In this document: one piece after another, positions 1 through 11,650 of the stretch
Layout: each line of letters opens with the position of its first letter
Numbering within the stretch: position 1 is the stretch's first letter
From: Chiloscyllium plagiosum
Lineage: Eukaryota
Length of the DNA: 36,542 nucleotides
Assembly (NCBI RefSeq): GCF_004010195.1
Contig: NC_057753.1
Coordinates: 12,723,631 to 12,760,172 of the forward strand
Direction of reading: 5' to 3'
Notes under the pieces: model-generated
Databases searched by the model: none
Told to the model about the DNA's origin: nothing
Seen by the model: the letters and a program-made list of their open reading frames with translations, nothing else
Program-made: the position numbers and the translations under genes

Positions 1-34
1 TGAACAAGAATATGTCTAAGGGCCAGATTAACTC

Positions 35-222
35 TGTGTGTGCGTATGTGTGCGTGTATGTGTGTGCGTGAGAGAGAGAGTTACATTGTGTATTAGTGTA
101 TGAGAGCAGGTGTGAACTATTAGCCTAGATGTGCATATTAAAGTCTGTGTTCGCCGGTGACAGAATGTATGAGAGAATGTGTAAGTGTGAACTAGTATAT
201 GTATGAGTGAACCAGAGAGTAT
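35..222. repeat. Degenerate (TG)n/(GA)n microsatellite-rich tract
   Basis: tgtgtgtgcgtatgtgtgcgtgtatgtgtgtgcgtgagagagagag and decayed continuation. Confidence 0.8.
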
Positions 223-2589
223 AGCCCTTTGGCATCCGCAAGCACAAACTTTTCCCAAGCAATTGGTATTTTTTCATCACCCAATGTTGGATTTATTATT
301 TCTCAATATCAAACACATTAACATTCATGTCTGAGATAATTTGTCTGGGGATGCTGATCGTGTAAGATTGGAAGGGAAAATGTGTGGTCGAAATTGACAG
401 TTTGTTTCAGGCTAACATTCTGACAATTTCCCATTTTCTCACCCCTCATTTCTTAAAGACTGGGGTTTTGTTAGCTACCTTTCAGTTCATTGCATTGTTG
501 CAGATTCTACACAATGCTGGAATTTGATCAACAACGTTTCCATTATTTCTCGGGCCACTTCCTTAAGTCCTCTGGGATGCAGAGCATAAGTCTGATGGGG
601 GACTTTTGAGCTCTCTCTCTTCAGATAGCAATAGCAGATTTTGCAGTCAGGTAATATTTTCAGTAAGATTACTTTCCTATTATTGTTTGCCAGTCCGAAT
701 TAAACCCCCGTATCGTCCTATGCTGAGATTTTCAAATGTCACGGAGATACCCTAACCCCAAATTGTAACATTTCAAATGCCGACACTGTCACGCCTCTCC
801 TGTTCCATTAACATTCTACAACATCCCAGATCTCATTGTCTGTCTAATACTGCCCTCTTCTGCATTCCTGATTTCCAAAATTATATCTTTACAATTTGTG
901 TATTTAAGCTCTGAAACCTCAGTCGTTTGAAATTGCTTCTTAAATAACTTTCATTAGTTGTTCGGGACGTACCTTAAAATCTGACTTAATTGACAAGAAT
1001 GTTTTTCTTCTTGCATAACGCATTCAGGTGTCTTTGGGCAAAAGGTGGGTTCAGTTAAACGCCTGTGAGAATACCAATGGAGGCATTAGAGAAACCATAA
1101 TTCTATCTCTAAAACGAAACTAGATGTTGACAATAAGTGTTGAGATTGCCAGTTGGGCTCCTATCCCAATAAGACTTAGCAATATAGCTACCCAAAATGA
1201 ATAACTCATCAGCGTAAAGCATTATTCACAGTACTATTAATATCGTGGACATATATTTTTTACTTTTAAAAGTTTCTATTTTTATCTCCAGAAAAATCAA
1301 TGAAGAATCAGGAAACTGAGATAGATCTCACTATACAACAACTAATACTTCATTCTGAGATCATATTATCCATTCTTGTAATCGATAGATATATATTGTC
1401 TGTGCTACAATGAAGTTAACATAGCGCCTGAGTTGTTTTCATTCATTTCTTATAATGTAATAAGATTAGACTACAAACTGCAAGCTGTTGTATGACAACA
1501 CTTGATACTTGCCAGAACAGAAATAAGTGCAATTTGCTAATTTTAAATTTAACGTAATGTCCGACAATATATTAGATTAATGTTACATGATAACATACGA
1601 AGCTCCATATTTCAACCAAGTAATAAGCAGTATGTCAATGAATTCATAGCAAACATTGCATTAAATCTTGCAATGCTCCATAATATAGTCACAAGTGATT
1701 TGCTAGAGTTCAACCATAGGAAAGCAGAATTTTCATACAAGGCACGCACATTTATTCGCAATGAAATTCTCTGATAAGGCAGCATTCAGTATTGGAAAAA
1801 GATCAAGCCGATCCTCAAAGGGGAGAGACTGTATTTTCAGGGTTGTAAACAGAAATGAAGAGCTTATTTCTAAATCTACTTCCTACGAATATTAATGACC
1901 TCTTGAATCGGATAGCAAATGACAATGGTTTCTCAAGGTATTTCAGAAACGAAACTATTTCTCAATGTTGTGTAGCTCAGCTCTGCTAGATATTCATTTA
2001 GCCCTTCAGGTATTCATAGTGAGAGTGTCCAGACATATAATGAAGTTTCAGACTGTACTTCACTTAGAATCTATTGAAGAAACAAATTAAATAACACTTC
2101 TGTGGAGTTAGCTTTCAAAACCGTGAGAAGCATGATGTTATTATACTTGGAGGCGAACTGTTGGCCATTTCCATCTCGCCATACGCCATGTCATTACGAC
2201 TGTCACGTGAAACTCCTCAATCTAAATAATGAGATGAGATCTATCCTAAAATAATCTCTTCCCACCTCTTCCGAGTTCTACTTTTCTTCTAAACAATTAG
2301 GTGGCGGATTAGTTTGCAGCTTTTGTTTATTGGGAGCTGTTTTATCATATGAGCGTTAATGTATCATAATTATTTCAATCGACATGTATCATATCTATTT
2401 AAAATCATTATACCCTATAGGGGAGGGTTTCCGAGGTGAGGACCATCGCATGCAAAGTCTGTATTATGTAGAACTGCAGATCTTTTATTTAATTCTGTGA
2501 AACTATCCCTGCAGTAAAGGTCTCCAAATGCGTCTGGTTAATAACTTTAGATTTAAGCAAGATTCACAAATATGATGGTACGGTCCAGT

Positions 2590-3203
2590 AGTGCAGGTGT
2601 ATATTTCCTTGAAGGTGGAATGACGCGTAGGGCAAGTTAGTGAAAAAACGACGATTGGTATACTTGGATTAATGGTGAGTTCTATGATTAGAGGATGTCA
2701 TGTGCTACCATACAAGACATTGGTTAAGATATTTTAGGAAAGCTGCCTTCAGTTCTGGTCTCCCTGCTATAGGAAAAATATTGTTAAACTTGAATGGGGA
2801 ATGGAAATTTCATAAGGACTCGACGTTTTGAAGTGTAAGGATAGGCAGAATAACTGGGGGACATTTCCCCTCGAGCATCGGATGTTGAAGAGTGACCTGA
2901 AAATGTTTATCAAATCATGAGGAGCATGGAATGGGTGAATAGCGAAAGTCATTTCCTCAGGATAGGTGAACCAAACACGAGAGGGGATAAGATTAGGGTG
3001 CGAAGAGAAAGAGATAAAAGGAAGCGAAGGGACAGCGTTTTCACGGAGATGGCAGTGCGTGTATGAAATGAGCTGCCAAAGAAAATGTTGGGCGCTGGTG
3101 AAATTGCAACATTTTAAATTGTAGACTGATATGGGCCAAATTGGGCAAATGGGACAAGATTTATTTTGGATATCTGGTGAGCATGGCTGAGTAGCACAGA
3201 ACT
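2590..3203 (+). mobile_element. Decayed 3' fragment of a CR1-clade LINE
   Basis: tacaagacattggttaag...ttcagttctggtctccctgctataggaaaaatattgttaaacttgaa corresponds to the CR1 ORF2 C-terminal YKTLVRP..QFWSP.YRKDI.KLE motif, followed by a CR1-like 3' end. Confidence 0.75.
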
Positions 3204-4033
3204 ATCAATTTCTGTGGTCTTCAACCACATGATTTGAAATGGCCTGATGCAACATAAAATGATTTATCGTTAAGTGACTCCATGCATGATGCATGGTTTC
3301 GATCTGCGGCATCAAACGCATTAGTAATGGAAACATTAATAGTATAACGTCGAATACTACATGCTCCGATGTGGTATTAAATGAGAATAAGCCGATGTAA
3401 TATGAACAGTGACAGCCATAAAGCAATATTGAAAGAAATCTGTCCTTTTTCAGCAACAACTTGCAAAGTTCAATCGAATACAATTATAGTGAATTGTAGA
3501 AATCAACATGGTGCCAAATTAGAATAGCGGCACAAGATTGTGCAATGAGAGATGCCGAAGGGCTCAGTGCTTTACACTTAGATGGCCTGACAAGTAAGTA
3601 TTATGCATGATTCGAACAGTGCAAAGTTAAATCTGTCAATGTAATGCAGAATGCTATGTCACACAGTTTAATCACACCTGAGATTGGCTCTGATATAACA
3701 TTAAAAGAGACATGATCAAACTAAGTACTTAAATCAACTTCTAATTTAACATAAACAGAGACAGAAACTCGTGTAATGTAAACAATTATAAGGATCAATG
3801 TAACATAATTCGCACCAAAGTTATTTGAAGTAGCAACAATGAAATTGTTTTCTGCAGCTATAACTGCAGAACTGCTGAACTGGAAAAAAAAAGATTTAAT
3901 CATGCAGTGAGAACGACAATTGTTTAAAATGTTACCTGAACAGAAGAATGAGCGAACGTAGAAATGATTGAGGCAAAGAATATCTAAAGTAATAATTGTC
4001 AGGGCATGTGCCTGTTGTACTCAAAAAGGAGCC

Positions 4034-4257
4034 TAGATTAGAATGGTGCTGGAAAAGCACAGTAGTTCAGGCAGCATCCGAGGAGCAGCAAAATCGACGT
4101 TTCGGGCAACAGTCCTTCATCTGTACTCCTGATGAAGGCTTTTGCCCGAAACGTCGATTTTACTGCTCCTCGGATGCTGCCTGAACTGCTGTACATTTCC
4201 AGCACCACTCTAATCTAGACTCTAGTTTCCAGCATTTACAGTCATTCTTTTTACCTA
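4034..4257 (+). mobile_element. Non-autonomous fold-back element made of Penelope-like element (PLE) 3' terminal sequence, with a 17-bp target-site duplication
   Basis: Arms 4034-4121 and 4131-4217 are inverted repeats. The sequence matches the PLE terminus at 31323-31455. Flanked by GTACTCAAAAAGGAGCC (4017-4033) and GTACTCAATAAGGAGCC (4258-4274). Confidence 0.85.
4125..4160 (+). ncRNA. Minimal type I hammerhead ribozyme motif (PLE-associated)
   Basis: CTGATGA (4129-4135), then AGGC-TTTT-GCCC stem II, GAAA (4148-4151), and CGTC. Predicted cleavage is after C4155. Stem II lacks one G relative to the copy at 31424-31451. Confidence 0.65.
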
Positions 4258-4849
4258 GTACTCAATAAGGAGCCAGGGCTAAATGTGCAGGAATGGTAGT
4301 GCCCAAACCTTTGCTTCCGGCAAACCTGGTTCAAGTCTTACCTTTTATTGAGGCATGTGATAATCTCCGAATAACTCGATTTGTTCAATAAGGACCCACA
4401 TGCCAGTGCAATTATGATTTGGGCATGCTGAAAGAGTAACATACACCAAGGAGTAAGAAAGTATCACAATAGCCATAAAACCAATAGAAGCACAAATACA
4501 GGCAGAAGCTTTTTGTTATCCTAACCAAGAAAAAATGGTAATTGCAGCACAGAAGAAGAGAATTTTGCCAATCTGATCCATACGAGCTCTGGCTAGCAAT
4601 AATGCACATAATGTCATACCCTGTTTCAGAGAACATTGGAATTTACGAATTGTGTACAGTGATAATTTATCGATAACTTCACAAGTTAAAGAAAACCGGT
4701 CTGGCCATCGTATCTAAGCTGATGAGGGTAAAAAAAAGCAATCGAATCTAATTCATTTCTAATTATTTGTTAGTAAACTGTGATGTTCAACACTTATGAT
4801 TTCCACCCCTTTGTTGAAAGGGTTAAAGGCTTATTCCTTTGTAATTTCA

Positions 4850-5170
4850 GGCGGTGGTTTTCAGACCACACATAACATCCAAGTTAAAAACATCTAAACA
4901 TTTTATCTCCCCTCTAAACCTTTTATCAACAGTATATAAGCTATTCTCCCGAGTGACTGGCGTCTCAAGCAAAGGTAATGCATGTTTTCAATCTGATCCA
5001 TCAAGGCCGCTGAATAGTTTGAACACCACAAGAAAATCTCCCCTTAAGGTTCTCACCCTCAAGGAAAAAATACAGAGTCTGTCAAAACTACCCTCATCAT
5101 TAATTTTCCAGTCCTGACCAATCCCCATAAATTGCCCAGTTGCCCTCTGGAATGCAAGTGCATCTTTCAA
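4850..5170 (-). mobile_element. Decayed CR1 LINE fragment
   Basis: Minus-strand frame reads DRLCIFSLRVRTLRGDFLVVFKLFSGLD, matching the CR1 LGLFSLE.RRLRGDL..V.K...GLD motif. Confidence 0.75.
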
Positions 5171-6024
5171 TTACAATGTTACGAGTACAATAATAATCAA
5201 GGCATGATGAGATACGGGAAACAGGACCAAATTTAGTTAGAAACTTCTATTCAAGGATTGGTTTCCGAACAAATGCTGTTTAAAAATGTGTTCACATTTC
5301 TATTTACCTCCATGCTGAGCTGTGAACCATTCGACCGGGATAAAACAAGTTACCTAAAATGTGAGAGCCTTTTGTTTTTGTTTTCAAAGTCGAAACCATC
5401 ATTTCACAACGTGTTGAGCGCTTCTTTTTAGTATAAAGATATTTGGACAACTGGCGTTTCAAAAAAAAAACGAAACAATGCTTCCATGCTTTGCAGGCAG
5501 ACAGTTCTGTGTGCATTAGGTTTGAATTTGCTCATTTGACGTGAAATGCTCCATGCCTGTGTAACCTCTTGTAGCCCAGAAGGTCCCCTGTGTCCGTTAG
5601 ACAATTTCTTTGCATTACTGCCTGCGACTTTTGAGCAACTCTATTCTTCTCAGCTTATCGTTTTCTGTCGTCTTAAACCAGAGCTTGGTCAGAGTGTTTA
5701 TTGTTCTGTGTATGTTTCTGTGATAGACCATAACTGAAAAACAAATGGAGTTCAAATATTTGCAACTGTTATATTTAAAACTAGCCGTAGACACTGAAAT
5801 ATAACCGTTTGTATCGTCCTTTCAATTCTTGTTTCATTTCAATTAACTGCACGTGATACTGCTGAATGTCAGAGACCTGAAAATCAATAAAAGCTGAATT
5901 TCAGCATCGGTGTGAATTCAAGCCATTGAAGAAGAAAAGAGAGGAACCATTTATTCGAACGTTCGTTAATTCTATCGGTTATATTTATATATCTGGATAT
6001 TATAACTAGATTACTCATAATTTA

Positions 6025-8675
6025 TCCAGATTTCCACTTGCATGTCTCTATTAAATCACCTGTTAGCCTTCTTCCCTCCAATGAGAACAGGCCTAAGTCC
6101 CTCACCATTTTATTATAAGACCATTGCTTCAGACCAGGCAACATCCTAGTAAATCTCTTCTGCACTTTTTCTGATGCTTTCACATCCATCCAGTAATGAG
6201 GCAACCAACCAGATCTGAACGCAATACTCCAAGTGAGGCCGCACTAGCATTTTGTACAGTTGCAGCATGACATCACGGCTCCGGAACTCAATCCCTCTCC
6301 CAACAAAACCTAACACATTGTATGCCTTCTTAATAGTAATATTAAGCTGGGTGGCAACTTTCTTGGATGTATGTACATGGACACCAAGATCGCTCTACAC
6401 ATCCACACTACCAAGAATCTTTCCATTGACCTAGTATTCTGCCTTCCTTTTATTCTTCCCAAAGTGAATCACATCACATTTATCTGCCTTGAACTCCATT
6501 TGCCACCTTTCAGCCCAGTTCTGCAGTTTATTCAAGTCCCTCTGCAACTGCAACATTCTTCCAACTGTCCACCACTCCACCGACTTTCCTATCACCTGCA
6601 AAACTTACAAACCCATCCACCTTTCCTTGCGTCAAAGTCTTTCATAAAAATCAGAAACAGCAATGGTCCCAAAACAAATCCTTGTGGCACACCACTAATA
6701 ACTGGACTCCAGGCTGAATATTACCGGTACTATCGCTACTGCCTTTCTTCAACAAAGCACAACATTTGCTATCCTCCAGTCCTCTGGTATTAAACCTGTC
6801 GATAATGACGACTCAAAGATCAAGGCCAAAGGCCCCGCCATCCCCTTACGAGCTTCCCAGAGATTTCTCTGAAAAATCCAAAGAATTTATCTACCTTCAC
6901 ACATACTCGAATTGATGACACCTCCTCCTTACTGATCTCAATCCTTTCAAGTCTAATACACCGTCTCTTAGTCTGCAATATTCCCCTTTTCCTGAGTGAA
7001 AACACATGAGAAATATACGTTTAGCATCTCTCCGATCTCCACAGGATCCACGCACAATTTCCCACTTCTGTCTTTGACACGCCTTATTTCTACCCCCGTC
7101 ATCCTTTTATTCCTTGCATATCTATGGAAAGCGTGAGGGCTCCCCTTCATTCTTCCAACTAAAGACTGCTCATATCCCCTCCTTGGTCTTCTGAATTCTC
7201 GCTTTGCACCCTTTATAGCTACTCTGTTACTCTACATCGCCTCGACGTCACATCAGCATCCCTCTTCCACTTAACAAGAGATACAATTTCTTTAGTAAAC
7301 CGCACTTCCCTTACATTATCATTTCCTCCTTGCCTGACGTGGATATAACTATCAAAGACACACAATATATATATTCCTTAAATCTGCTCCACATTTCGAT
7401 TATCCACATCCCCTGCGTTGTGCTACCCCATTCTATGCCTCCTAATTCTTGCCTAGTTGCATTATACTTGTCCTCCCCCCATCTATAACTCTTCCCCGCT
7501 GTGGCATGAGCCTCTCACTTTCAATCGCTAAACTAAATGTAACTGACCTATCGTCACTCTCTCCAAAGTGCTCACCTATCACTAACTCAAATGCCTGGTC
7601 TGGTTCATTACCAAGTACCAGATGCAGTGTAGCGTCCACTCTTGTCGGCCCTTCGATATACTGTGTCAGGAAACCCTCCTGCGCATAAGTGGACAAAAAG
7701 AGATCCATCCAACGTATTCGAGTTACATAATTTTCAGTTACGATTGAGGAGCTTAACGTCCGCCCCTCCCCTCCGCCCCCCAATGATCACTCTCTTCCTT
7801 TCATTGCTGCCCGGAATCGATTTACCAATTCTATCCTCTCCATCCCTGGAACTTTGCAGAGGCCTATAAAATCTCCCAGCAGTGTTACCACTTCTCTTCT
7901 GTTTCTCACCTGAACGCATAACCAACTCAGTAGACGAGTCCTCGTTAAATGTTCTTTCAGCCGCCGTTATGTCATCCTTGAGTAACACAGCCTCGGCTCC
8001 CTCTCTTATACCACCTTCTCTTTTCTTAATGAAAGATGCAAAGCCTGGATTTCGCAACATCCTTTCCTGTTCTTGCTCTAACCATGTCTCAGCAATGGCC
8101 ACAGCAAGGAATTCTCAGGTACCTATCCATGCTGAAACTCACCTACCTTATTCCAGATACTCCTAACGTTGAATTAGATAGATTTCAAACCAGCTTGCTG
8201 TCTGCCAGCACACTCCTGTGACCGTGAAATCCCATCCATATCCTCCCTAATCTCAACCACCTATACTGGAACAACAACACCGTTTCCCACCCTCCAGCTG
8301 AACTAATTTAAAACCACCGGAATAACACTAGCAATATTCCCACAATAATATTAGCATCCCTCTGGTTCAAGTGAAGACACTCCTTTTTGAAGTGGTCCCA
8401 TCTTCCTAGAATGAACCCCAATTATCCATTAACCTGAAACCCTCCCTCTTGCACCATCCCTGCAGCCACTTGTTCAGCTGTTATTTCTCCCTGTTCTTCA
8501 GCTCACTATCTCGAGACATGGGTAACAATCCAGAAATAACAAATCTGTTTGTTTTCGTTCTCAGGTTCCACTGGAGCTCTCTGAAATCCTGCCTTATATA
8601 CATATCTGTCTTTTTACCTATTTCGTTGGTACACATGTGGATCACGACTTGGGGCTGGGCACCCTCTCCCTTCGG
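6025..8675 (-). mobile_element. Large, internally deleted CR1 LINE with the end of ORF1 (SGNH esterase-like), the APE endonuclease and partial RT
   Basis: ORF1-like PQVVIHMCTNEIGK...VISGLLP (8481-8650). Endonuclease-like AIAETWL, FYRP, FLTQYIEGPTR..ATLHLVLGNEP, HFGESD. RT-like [22 protein letters not shown]...KFAGD (about 6590-6720). C-terminal EKVQKRFTRMLPGL..LGLFSLEGRRLTGDLIE. Multiple stops and frameshifts. Confidence 0.92.
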
Positions 8676-9305
8676 GACCCCAAAGACAAAGATAGAGGAG
8701 AAAAGATTCCAAAATAGGTTGCCACAGAAACCAATGAACAAGCAGACATATTCTGCCTTGCGCTGTCTGGACTACAAAATAATCGATTGAATGATTGACA
8801 CTGCAATTTTGACGTCGATTCTGAGAGTGTGCAGATAGAAATATTTTCCCTCGGTCGGTAGCAGTGAATAAAGAATGAAATGACTGATCTTATTCAGTAT
8901 GCCCTCATACCAAGTTGAGTTCATTCTCCACCAAATGTAACTGGGAACGATAGTGCCCGCTGGTTGCCTCATGGTCTCACCTTCCACAGACTGCTAAAGA
9001 TTTGAAGCTGATTTCAGGTACTGTTATTTTAAAAAAGACATTTTACAATTAACCTATGCATTTCCAATACAGAGCCTGGCGTTATAGGTTTCATTTTAAT
9101 ATCACCGTAAGCAGGCTTCATTTCAAGTTAACTTCCAGGTTAACCTCACACTAGTCAGCTCATATAAAGCTGCTATCCTTGATCAGTATTAATAATCCAT
9201 GCTATTGTTTACCAGTAGCTCATAAAAAAAGCATTTTCAACAGGGAGGGTACTTGTTTCAAATGTGATTTTAACGCTTTTAAACTCAGGAATAATTGCTT
9301 AGTCA

Positions 9306-10800
9306 TGTGACGACGTTGTCACTTTAACAAGGTTATTTTGTCTTATAGGCATATAAGTTTTAAGAGAAGTCCTAAAGGTAGAGGTGCCGAAATGTCTGGA
9401 GTGGACTCAATATAAAAATGGCAGTGGAGCGACCTGTTCGCACAGTTCAGGTTCCTTTTTATTTTCATTTTGTTCTAACATTGAAGAACTGCTAAAAGCG
9501 GGTTCGAAGTTTCAGCAGGTCGTTCGTGACTGGTTTTCTCGCTGGAATGTTTATGGAAACTGCTGCAGAGAGGAACGGTTTCATGCTTCAGAAGATGATA
9601 CAGCCTGGCGTTTCTCTCTGAAACCTCTCCTCCCTTAATTTTGAATTTACCTTTTGTCAAGCGCTGTGTTCATGAGATGATGCTGGAATTGAAAAGGCTC
9701 TTTGGTTAAGGAGGAAAAAGCGAGCACTGCGGATGCTGGAATCAAAACGTGTGACGCTTGAAAAGCACAGTCGATCAGACAGCATCCGCGGAGCAGGAGT
9801 GTCGATCTTTCGAGCATTACCTCTGACATTCATTTCTCGACCATTTCATTGATTGCTCAGCGGAATGGAGCAGATTTCAACAGACAGGATTCTTCCTTCT
9901 AAAGTGATGTTAATGCTTTTGTTAAACTCAGGAATAATTGTTCAGTTGTGTGAAAATGCTGTGACATTCCTAATGACTAGTTTATGCTTGAAACGTCGAC
10001 TCTGCTACTCCTCAGCTTCTGCCTGACCGGCTATGCTTTTCCAGCGCCAGAAATTTTAACTCCTTTGCTAAGTTGTGGTGTTGAATCTTTTGAATTTTCA
10101 AGCAATTAAGTTATTCTAAATTATGTTTTCATTTACTGATGTTTTAGCTGCAGTGTTTAAATAAATTTGGTTTTGCTTAAAGCCGAGCGGTTTGGCCAGC
10201 TGCCTTACACCCCGAACATCCACTTCCCATCTGTTTTTCGAAAAACAGGAAAAGATAGCGTCTAAGTTACCTTCTTGAACTACTTTGAGGGGTGCTGGCC
10301 TGGTCTATAACAGACTGAGAGTCGTCAGATATTTATCCCGTCATTCCAATTTTGGTTTAGGGTTTTGGAATCAAAGGCAGCGAGATGTACGTGATAGTGT
10401 GATTTGGTCCGGTGGTGAATTCGTTTGAATTAAACAGTGCTTGGTGTAGTCAGTCACTAACAGTTTCCCCGGTGTAAGAAGTGAATTTTGGCACTTCACA
10501 AAGGTGAACAAGTCAAACCCGCTCGAATTGGCAGACAAGTAGAGCTAAATTTGCCGTGGAGTTGAAAATGTCTTATTTCGATATTTAATTTTGCGGGAAA
10601 AGCCATTAGAACCTTTGGAAATGGCGAAAACTCCATTGAAAACGAAACAGCTTGCGTTAGAGTCAAAAAGAAAAGAAAGGGAACTCGAAATTCAACAAGA
10701 TTCAATTATGGTTAAAAGCGGAGGAACGAGAAAAAGAACGAAATGTTTTTGAAGAACAAAAAGCAAAGCAGAGAGAGGAAAGTTGGAAATACTTTCCGGT
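9306..10800 (+). mobile_element. Possible Gypsy-type LTR retrotransposon remnant (LTR, decayed PBS, start of gag)
   Basis: TGTGA start at 9306 and ...TATAACA end at 10312, with AATAAA near 10160. Followed by tgagagtcgtcagat, weakly similar to a tRNA-Pro PBS (TGGGGGCTCGTCCGGGAT), then an E/K/R-rich coiled-coil-like decayed frame (KERELEIQQ, KAEEREKER). Confidence 0.4.
9711..10060. mobile_element. Older fold-back pair of PLE terminal repeats with decayed hammerhead motifs
   Basis: 9711-9822 (cactgcggatgctggaa...gaaaagcacag...cagcatccgcggagcaggagtgtcgatctttcgagcat) is inverted relative to 9966-10050 (cctaatga...atgcttgaaacgtcgactctgctactcctcagcttctgcctgaccggctatgcttttccagcgcca). Related to the 4034-4257 and 31323-31455 sequences. 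Confidence 0.7.
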
Positions 10801-11104
10801 TCCTCCAAGAGAATTAAACAGTGAGAGATTTCTGAATGTTGACACAGAAGTGGATCTGAGTGTCCTTACGCACCCGTCACTGAAGTTAAGCATCATGCTT
10901 ATAGGAAAGTGGACGAAGTGTTGGATTTCAATGAGCAAGGCTGTTTTACAGCAGACTTGTTGTGCTTTGTGAGACATGGAATGTTATGTGGAAGTTTTCT
11001 TTTTCACGTTACCTATGGAAAAGAAATCCGTGGTATAGATGGAATGGAACAATGTTTCATCAATTTGACTCTTCGGATGGCATGTTTCTCATTTGATGTT
11101 AGGT

Positions 11105-11335
11105 GAGGACGACTGGTCCTGAACTCACTTGAGTTTTGAAGAATGAGAGGGAATCGATTCGAAACATTTTGAGATGGATTGAAAGTCTGCATGTATGGCG
11201 GGTGGGGGTAGACGTTGGTATGTGGTTGAGCTCGAACATTGGATAGCCTTCTCAGAATACACAGTGTAAAATTAGGACCGATAATGTTCGAGATTTCTTC
11301 ACGCAGAGTGGTGAACCTATCTGTGTCCTATGTGG
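11105..11335 (+). mobile_element. Decayed CR1 3' fragment
   Basis: tcacttgagttttgaagaatgagagggaatcgattcgaaaca (SLEF.RMRG.LIET) and ttcttcacgcagagtggtgaacct. Confidence 0.65.
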
Positions 11336-11339
11336 AAAC

Positions 11340-11650
11340 GTTTCAACGGGATTGCTGAATTCCAGATAAATTACATCAACTGCAATCAGCCGATCACCTC
11401 TTCAAAGCATTCAATCTGTTTGATCTGACCTATGCCATGCTAACTGTCCCTGATTACTAAGTGAAGAGTAATTCTGTTCTTCTGAATATTATTAAATCGT
11501 TTCCCTGCCCTTGACGTGACACGGACTAGTCTGCAACTTCCTGGTAAATCCCAACCATACTTCGCGAAAATTGGAACCACATTGGTTGTTCTCCGGCCCT
11601 CTGGGACCTGTAGCCAGAATGAAAGCAATAGGTGGATCAGTATATTTTCG
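11340..11650 (-). mobile_element. Decayed CR1 RT fragment
   Basis: VPEGRRTTNVVPIFAKYGWDLPGSCRLVRVTSRAGK resembles CR1 VPEDWR.ANV.PIFKKG...PGNYRPVSLTSV.GK. Confidence 0.75.

Noticed and set aside
6371..6793. 140-aa plus-strand ORF (and similar ones at 7449, 7882, 26644, 27699)
   Set aside because: Antisense frames of CR1 ORF2, not host genes.
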